NCBI GenBank assembly: GCA_013152085.1
Contig: JAADHC010000052.1
Location: 26,572-90,571 of the forward strand
Source: Chlorobiota bacterium
GTDB lineage: Bacteria; Bacteroidota; Bacteroidia; Bacteroidales; VadinHA17
DNA length: 64,000 nt
Direction: 5' to 3'
Numbering within the stretch: position 1 is the first letter of the stretch; every line of letters begins with the position of its first letter. Position numbers and translations under genes: made by a program. Of the stretch, positions 58,371-64,000 are shown in pieces. The notes under the pieces were generated by a model. The model was not told the DNA's origin. It ran no database searches and worked only from the letters and a program-made list of their open reading frames with translations.

Positions 58371-61103
58371 ATGTCTCAGAAAAAACGTGTTTACACATTC
58401 GGGAACAAACAGGCTGAAGGCGCTGCTGATATGAAAAATCTCCTGGGTGGCAAAGGAGCCAATCTGGCCGAGATGAGCCGCATCGGAGTACCGGTACCTC
58501 CGGGGTTTACCATTACTACCGAAGTCTGTACGGAATACAACCAATACGGACACGAGAAAGTCGTTGAACTGATCCGTACCGACGTGGAAAACGGTATTGC
58601 CAATATTGAAAAGATCATGGGAACACAGTTCGGCAGTAAGGAAAATCCATGCCTGGTATCTGTGCGATCCGGTGCACGGGTATCCATGCCGGGAATGATG
58701 GATACGGTACTGAACCTCGGCATGAATGACGATGCAGTGACCGGACTGGCTGTCAAAACCGGGAATGACCGGTTTGCCTGGGATTCATACCGTCGCTTTG
58801 TACAAATGTACGGTGACGTGGTTTTAGGGATGAAACCTACAACCAAAGAAGATATTGATCCTTTCGAGGAGATCATGGAAAAGGTAAAAGAGAAAAAAGA
58901 CGTCAAACTGGATACCGAACTGGAGGTGGAAGATCTGAAAGAACTGGTTAAATTATTCAAGCAAGCCGTTAAAGAACGTACCGGACACGACTTCCCGGAT
59001 AATCCGTGGGATCAGCTCTGGGGGGCTGTCATGGCTGTTTTTGACAGCTGGAACACCGAACGCGCCATATACTACCGCAAACTGAATAAGATTCCCGAAG
59101 AGTGGGGTACTGCTGTCAACGTCCAGGCTATGGTCTTCGGTAATATGGGCGAACATTCCGCTACCGGCGTAGCCTTTACGCGTGATGCAGCTACCGGAGA
59201 AAATATTTTCAACGGTGAATACCTGGTCGATGCCCAGGGGGAAGACGTGGTTGCCGGTATCCGTACGCCGCAACAGATTACCCTCGAGGGATCTCTGCGA
59301 TGGGCTAAACTGGCCGGTGTCTCCGAAGAAGAAAGGAAAAGTAAATATCCGTCACTTGAAGAGACCATGCCCGGGCTTTTCAAGGAACTTATGGACATCC
59401 AGGATAAACTTGAAAAACATTATCGTGACATGCAGGATATGGAATTCACTATCCAGGAAGCAAAGCTATGGCTGCTGCAGACCCGTAACGGAAAACGTAC
59501 AGGCGCTGCTATGGTTAAGATCGCCATGGATATGCTTGATGAAGGAATGCTTGATGAAAAAACCGCCCTGCTGCGGGTAGAACCGAATAAACTGGATGAA
59601 CTTCTTCACCCTGTATTTGATAAGGATGCTGTCCGGGAGGCTAAAGTCCTGGCCAAAGGATTGCCGGCATCTCCCGGTGCTGCTACCGGCCAGATCGTTT
59701 TCTTTGCTGACGAAGCCGAAGAATGGGCTGACGAAGGAAAAGAAGTGCTGTTGGTACGTATTGAAACTTCACCCGAAGATCTTAAGGGAATGAATGTTGC
59801 CAACGGGATCCTTACTGCCCGTGGAGGAATGACTTCCCATGCTGCCGTAGTTGCCAGAGGGATGGGTAAATGTTGTATCTCCGGCGCCGGAGAAATTATT
59901 ATTAATTACAAAGCCCGTACGCTCACTGTTGGCGGAAAATCCTGGAAAGAAGGGGATTGGATTTCACTCAACGGTTCTACCGGCGAAGTATATGAAGGAA
60001 AAATCAGGACCATAGATCCTGAATTAAGCGGTGACTTTGGTAAACTTATGGACCTTTCCGACAAATATGCCCGGATGCATGTACGTACTAATGCGGATAC
60101 GCCAAGAGATTCTTCTATCGCCCGGAATTTTGGCGCTAAAGGAATCGGACTTACCCGTACCGAACATATGTTTTTCGAAGGTGACAGGATCAAAGCGATG
60201 CGTGAAATGATCCTGGCCGAAGATGAAGCGGGACGCCGTAAAGCACTTGAAAAACTGTTACCGATCCAGCGGACAGATTTTGAAGGTATTTTTGAAGCCA
60301 TGCATGATCTTCCGGTTACTGTTCGCCTCCTTGATCCGCCGCTACACGAATTTGTACCCCACGAGGAAGCCAATCAACGTGAAATGGCTGAAGAAATGGG
60401 CGTAAGTGTTGATGTAATCAAGGCTAAAGTAGAATCCCTGGCGGAATTTAACCCGATGCTCGGCCACCGTGGCTGCCGCCTGGGCAATACTTATCCGGAG
60501 ATTACCGAAATGCAGGCACGTGCCATTATAGAGGCAGCGCTAAACCTGAAAGCCCGCGGAATCAAAACCAAACCCGAGATTATGGTACCGCTTACCGGAA
60601 CCCTCACCGAAATGAAAATGCAGGAAGATATTATCCGGGCAACGGCAGAAAAAGTCTTTGAAGAAAAAGGCGACCGGATTGATTATTTGGTTGGAACAAT
60701 GATTGAGATTCCGCGTGCGGCGCTTACTGCGGATGAAATTGCCCGGTCGGCTGAATTCTTTTCTTTTGGTACCAATGACCTGACTCAAATGGGCTTCGGA
60801 TATTCACGTGATGATGCCGGGAAATTCCTGCCTGTATACCTGGAAAAAGGTATTTTGAAAAATGATCCTTTTCAGGTTCTTGATCAGGAAGGTATCGGCC
60901 AACTGATAAAAATCGGTATCGAAAAAGGCCGCAAGACCCGTCCCGGCCTGAAGGTAGGTATTTGCGGCGAACACGGTGGTGAACCATCTTCCGTAGAATT
61001 CTGCCACCGGGTAGGGATGAACTATGTAAGCTGTTCTCCATACCGGGTACCCATTGCACGCCTTGCTGCAGCACAGGCAACCGTGAAAGAATCGCAGGGA
61101 TAA
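58371..61103 (+). CDS. ppdK: Pyruvate, phosphate dikinase
   Basis: 910 aa. GGKGANLAEM, phosphohistidine loop GGMTSHAAVVARG, and C-terminal FFSFGTNDLTQ and GICGEHGG motifs. Confidence 0.95.
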   Translation: MSQKKRVYTFGNKQAEGAADMKNLLGGKGANLAEMSRIGVPVPPGFTITTEVCTEYNQYGHEKVVELIRTDVENGIANIEKIMGTQFGSKENPCLVSVRSGARVSMPGMMDTVLNLGMNDDAVTGLAVKTGNDRFAWDSYRRFVQMYGDVVLGMKPTTKEDIDPFEEIMEKVKEKKDVKLDTELEVEDLKELVKLFKQAVKERTGHDFPDNPWDQLWGAVMAVFDSWNTERAIYYRKLNKIPEEWGTAVNVQAMVFGNMGEHSATGVAFTRDAATGENIFNGEYLVDAQGEDVVAGIRTPQQITLEGSLRWAKLAGVSEEERKSKYPSLEETMPGLFKELMDIQDKLEKHYRDMQDMEFTIQEAKLWLLQTRNGKRTGAAMVKIAMDMLDEGMLDEKTALLRVEPNKLDELLHPVFDKDAVREAKVLAKGLPASPGAATGQIVFFADEAEEWADEGKEVLLVRIETSPEDLKGMNVANGILTARGGMTSHAAVVARGMGKCCISGAGEIIINYKARTLTVGGKSWKEGDWISLNGSTGEVYEGKIRTIDPELSGDFGKLMDLSDKYARMHVRTNADTPRDSSIARNFGAKGIGLTRTEHMFFEGDRIKAMREMILAEDEAGRRKALEKLLPIQRTDFEGIFEAMHDLPVTVRLLDPPLHEFVPHEEANQREMAEEMGVSVDVIKAKVESLAEFNPMLGHRGCRLGNTYPEITEMQARAIIEAALNLKARGIKTKPEIMVPLTGTLTEMKMQEDIIRATAEKVFEEKGDRIDYLVGTMIEIPRAALTADEIARSAEFFSFGTNDLTQMGFGYSRDDAGKFLPVYLEKGILKNDPFQVLDQEGIGQLIKIGIEKGRKTRPGLKVGICGEHGGEPSSVEFCHRVGMNYVSCSPYRVPIARLAAAQATVKESQG

Positions 61104-61133
61104 GAACCTGTCCTGATTTCTGTTAAAAGAAAA

Positions 61134-61153
61134 GGCGGTGACACAGCACCGCC
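61134..61153. terminator. Bidirectional rho-independent terminator between ppdK and the citrate synthase gene
   Basis: GGCGGTG-acacag-CACCGCC preceded by AAAAGAAAA and followed by TTTTCTTTTT. Confidence 0.8.
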
Positions 61154-61177
61154 TTTTCTTTTTGGTAAACAAACCTC

Positions 61178-62482
61178 TTATTTGATTCCCGCCATCTCTT
61201 CAAGCATGGTTGTCGTAACCGACTTGGGCCTTTCAATAGGATAACCCAGTGCACGGTCCCAGATAATATTGGAAAGAACACCAAGAGACCGGCCGATACC
61301 GAACAATACGGTATAGAAGTCATACTCCTGCACACCATAGTGCCATTGGATCACACCAGACTGAGCATCTACATTCGGCCATGGGTTTTTAGCTTTACCA
61401 TGCTCACGTAAGATATCCGGTACAACTTTATAAAGAATATCCACATAGGCAAAGATGGGATCTTCGGCAAGATGCTTGAGACAAAATTCGCGCTGTGCAG
61501 CATAACGCGGATCTGTTTTCCTTAATACGGCATGTCCGTATCCGGGAATCACCTGACCGGAGTTGAGCGTGTCCCAAACAAATTTTTTCATCTCTTCTTC
61601 ATCAGGTACTTTTCCCCCCATCTGATCCATTACTCCCTGGATCCAGCGTAATACCATTTCGTTGGCCAGGCCATGAAGCGGACCGGCAAGACCATCGATC
61701 ATTGCCGAGATGGCATAATAGACATCCGACAAAGCGCTGGCAACCAGGTGACCGGTATGTGCACTTACATTTCCGCTTTCATGGTCACTGTGGAGAATGA
61801 AATAGAGGCGTGCCAAATCATCGTAAGGTTTGTTAACCCCCATCATGTGAGCAAAGTTCCCGCCAAAATCAAGATTCGGATCCGGAGCAATGATATCGTT
61901 GTTTTTAAATTTATAACGATAGATATAAGCCCCGATTTCAGGAAGCTTGGCCAGCAGGTTGAGGGCATCTTCAAGTGTGGACTCCCAGTATACCATCTTG
62001 CTGATACCTTTTTTATATTCGCGGGCAAAGACAGATTCTTTCTCCATACTCAGAATCGCTGCTGAAAACATTACCATCGGATGGGTATCCATGGGCATGG
62101 CATTAATCACATCAAAAACATACTGAGGTACTTTTGAACGCTTACGAAATTCTTCCGTAATCTCATTTACGTCAGCTTCGGTAGGAATATCTCCGGTCAG
62201 TAACAGATAAAAAAACGATTCTACTGTCGGATATTCAAGACCGGCAGCCTTGGGAAGCTTTGCAAGTACTTCGGGAATGGTATATCCCCTGAAACGAATC
62301 CCTTCATAAGGGTCGAGGTAGGAAATGTCTGTCACCAGGCATTTGACTCCACGGATTCCACCGATAGCCTGCGTAATGGAAACATCACTGATCTTGACAT
62401 CTCCATATTCTTTCAGAAGACGTGTGGTCCTCGGACGCCAGCTATCAATTTTTTCCTGTAATTTTTCTTTTAAAGTGGTCAT
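61178..62482 (-). CDS. gltA: Citrate synthase
   Basis: 434 aa. HSDHESGNVSAHT, GPLHGLANE and GYGHAVLRKTDPR catalytic motifs. Confidence 0.93.
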   Translation of the reverse strand: MTTLKEKLQEKIDSWRPRTTRLLKEYGDVKISDVSITQAIGGIRGVKCLVTDISYLDPYEGIRFRGYTIPEVLAKLPKAAGLEYPTVESFFYLLLTGDIPTEADVNEITEEFRKRSKVPQYVFDVINAMPMDTHPMVMFSAAILSMEKESVFAREYKKGISKMVYWESTLEDALNLLAKLPEIGAYIYRYKFKNNDIIAPDPNLDFGGNFAHMMGVNKPYDDLARLYFILHSDHESGNVSAHTGHLVASALSDVYYAISAMIDGLAGPLHGLANEMVLRWIQGVMDQMGGKVPDEEEMKKFVWDTLNSGQVIPGYGHAVLRKTDPRYAAQREFCLKHLAEDPIFAYVDILYKVVPDILREHGKAKNPWPNVDAQSGVIQWHYGVQEYDFYTVLFGIGRSLGVLSNIIWDRALGYPIERPKSVTTTMLEEMAGIK

Positions 62483-62649
62483 GATAAACTATTTTAAATG
62501 AATAATAAATTATTAAAATCATGTTTCTCTTAATTAACCTTTAAAATTATTAATAAATTGTATGCATGCATAGGGTTTAGCATATGTTTTACAACCAGAT
62601 TATCAAAAAAATATCGTATAACATACTTATTCGTGTATATAAATCATAG

Positions 62650-62677
62650 TTTGGGAGCGGATTTATTCATAGCTTTG
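62650..62677 (+). promoter_or_regulatory. Candidate promoter for the malic enzyme gene (-33 TTTG / -7 TAGCTTTG)
   Basis: TTTG at 62650-62653 and TAGCTTTG at 62670-62677, 30 nt upstream of the ATG. The 16-nt spacer is shorter than the ~19 nt seen at the aromatic-operon promoter. Confidence 0.3.
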
Positions 62678-62706
62678 TTAAATATAACTTAAAAATCAAT
62701 ATTATT

Positions 62707-64000
62707 ATGTCAAGAATCAGTAATAAAGACGCCCTTGAATATCATAGTAGCGGACGTCCGGGAAAAATCCAGGTGATCCCTACCAAACCGCACAGCACGC
62801 AACGTGATTTATCGATGGCTTACACACCGGGTGTAGCCGTTCCCTGTCTCGAAATTGAGAAAAAACCCGAAAGTGTTTATAAATATACTGCCAAAGGGAA
62901 CCTTGTGGCTGTTATCTCCAACGGAACTGCCGTTCTCGGGCTGGGGGATATCGGTCCCGAAGCCGGAAAGCCCGTAATGGAAGGAAAGGGCCTCCTGTTT
63001 AAAATTTTCGGTGACGTTGATGTATTCGATATTGAAGTCAATACCAAGGATGTAGATAAGTTTGTGGAAACCGTAAAAATGATTTCCCCGACTTTTGGTG
63101 GCATTAATCTTGAAGATATCAAAGCACCTGAATGTTTTGAAATTGAAAATCGCCTGAAAAATGAACTTGACATTCCGGTCATGCATGACGACCAGCATGG
63201 GACAGCTATTATCTCCTCCGCCGGTTTACTCAATGCCCTTGAGCTGAGTGGAAAAAAAATTGAAGATATCAAAATGGTTGTAAATGGCGCTGGAGCTGCC
63301 GCTATCTCCTGTTCCCGGCTTTACATATCCCTTGGAGTACGGAAAGAAAATGTCATCATGTGTGACAGCCGTGGAGTGATCAACAAAAAGAGAAAGGATC
63401 TGAATAAGTATAAAAAGGAATTTGTTACCAGCCGGAATGTGAATGCCCTCGAAGAAGCCATTGTTGGTGCTGACTTGTTCCTCGGTTTATCTGTTGCAGG
63501 AGTTTTAACCAAAAAGATGGTTAAAAGTATGGCTAAGGATCCCATCGTTTTTGCCATGGCCAACCCGACTCCGGAGATTACTTACGAGGACGCAATCTCG
63601 GCACGCAAGGATATTATCTTCGCTACGGGACGCTCGGATTATCCCAATCAGATCAACAATGTTCTCGGATTCCCGTTTATTTTCCGTGGGGCACTGGATG
63701 TTCATGCCACCGCCATAAACGAAGAAATGAAGATTGCTGCGGCTCATGCCCTGGCGAACCTTGCCAAAGAACCTGTCCCTGAAGTGGTTAATATTGCCTA
63801 TAATACAACCAATTTGAGTTTTGGACGGGAATATATTATTCCCAAACCTCTTGACCCCAGGTTAATATCTACGGTAGCCCTTGCCGTTGCCAAAGCAGCT
63901 GTACAGACAGGAGTGGCACGTCGTAAAATTACCAATTGGGACAAATACCGTGAAGAGTTGAATAACCGGCTCGGTTTTGGTAATAAACTCATTCGGGTGA
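62707..64000 (+). CDS. maeB: NADP-dependent malic enzyme, N-terminal ~431 aa; the 3' end runs off the right window edge
   Basis: Absent from the ORF track because it is open at the edge. My translation from ATG 62707 gives [75 protein letters not shown]. Confidence 0.9.
   Translation, partial: MSRISNKDALEYHSSGRPGKIQVIPTKPHSTQRDLSMAYTPGVAVPCLEIEKKPESVYKYTAKGNLVAVISNGTAVLGLGDIGPEAGKPVMEGKGLLFKIFGDVDVFDIEVNTKDVDKFVETVKMISPTFGGINLEDIKAPECFEIENRLKNELDIPVMHDDQHGTAIISSAGLLNALELSGKKIEDIKMVVNGAGAAAISCSRLYISLGVRKENVIMCDSRGVINKKRKDLNKYKKEFVTSRNVNALEEAIVGADLFLGLSVAGVLTKKMVKSMAKDPIVFAMANPTPEITYEDAISARKDIIFATGRSDYPNQINNVLGFPFIFRGALDVHATAINEEMKIAAAHALANLAKEPVPEVVNIAYNTTNLSFGREYIIPKPLDPRLISTVALAVAKAAVQTGVARRKITNWDKYREELNNRLGFGNKLIRV

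Noticed and set aside
58391-58960. 189-aa - strand ORF inside ppdK
   Set aside because: Antisense shadow of the unmistakable pyruvate, phosphate dikinase frame.

Overview
This 64 kb window reads as core chromosome of a Bacteroidota bacterium. Supporting signs are a T9SS type-B C-terminal sorting domain, a TTTG / TAnnTTTG promoter match, almost no Shine-Dalgarno sequences, and a SurA/parvulin + OstA-like cluster. It is gene-dense, with about 55 CDS. By eye I found no rRNA, tRNA, CRISPR array, IS element or prophage. All calls rest on motif recognition in the supplied translations plus my own reading of both strands; no database search was possible.

Most content is housekeeping:
- recQ (partial, open at the left edge), guaB, three SurA/parvulin-type chaperone genes and an OstA-like gene
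- a PduO-type adenosyltransferase, recG, an rseC-like gene followed by rnfBCDGEA, and proS
- an Omp85-family protein, a 2-Cys peroxiredoxin, a GntP permease, tilS and an OmpA-family protein
- a tightly packed 7-gene aromatic amino-acid operon (pheA, aminotransferase, DAHP synthase/chorismate mutase, aroB, aroA, aroC, tyrA)
- nth, a NifS-SelD fusion, a hybrid histidine kinase, an SDR and an APC permease
- a T9SS cargo protein with a coupled TPR protein, HupE/UreJ, aroQ, xerD, ppdK, gltA and maeB (partial, open at the right edge)

Observations worth a second look:
1. Two tandem paralogous exported proteins (21786-23036 and 23254-24480) have an aromatic/Gly-rich core and a very long Arg/Thr/Ser(/Asn) low-complexity tail ending in RRR. 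They sit next to a FadL-like outer-membrane barrel. Both have a GGAGG Shine-Dalgarno, which I saw at none of about 19 other gene starts checked here.
2. A Phe/Tyr-rich 16-codon leader ORF with terminator/antiterminator hairpins and a consensus promoter lies upstream of the aromatic operon.
3. A phased array of four CTACGTAG palindromes lies upstream of recG.
4. A NifS-SelD fusion occurs with no other selenium-utilisation genes in view.
5. An AT-rich two-gene island spans about 49.15-51.37 kb.
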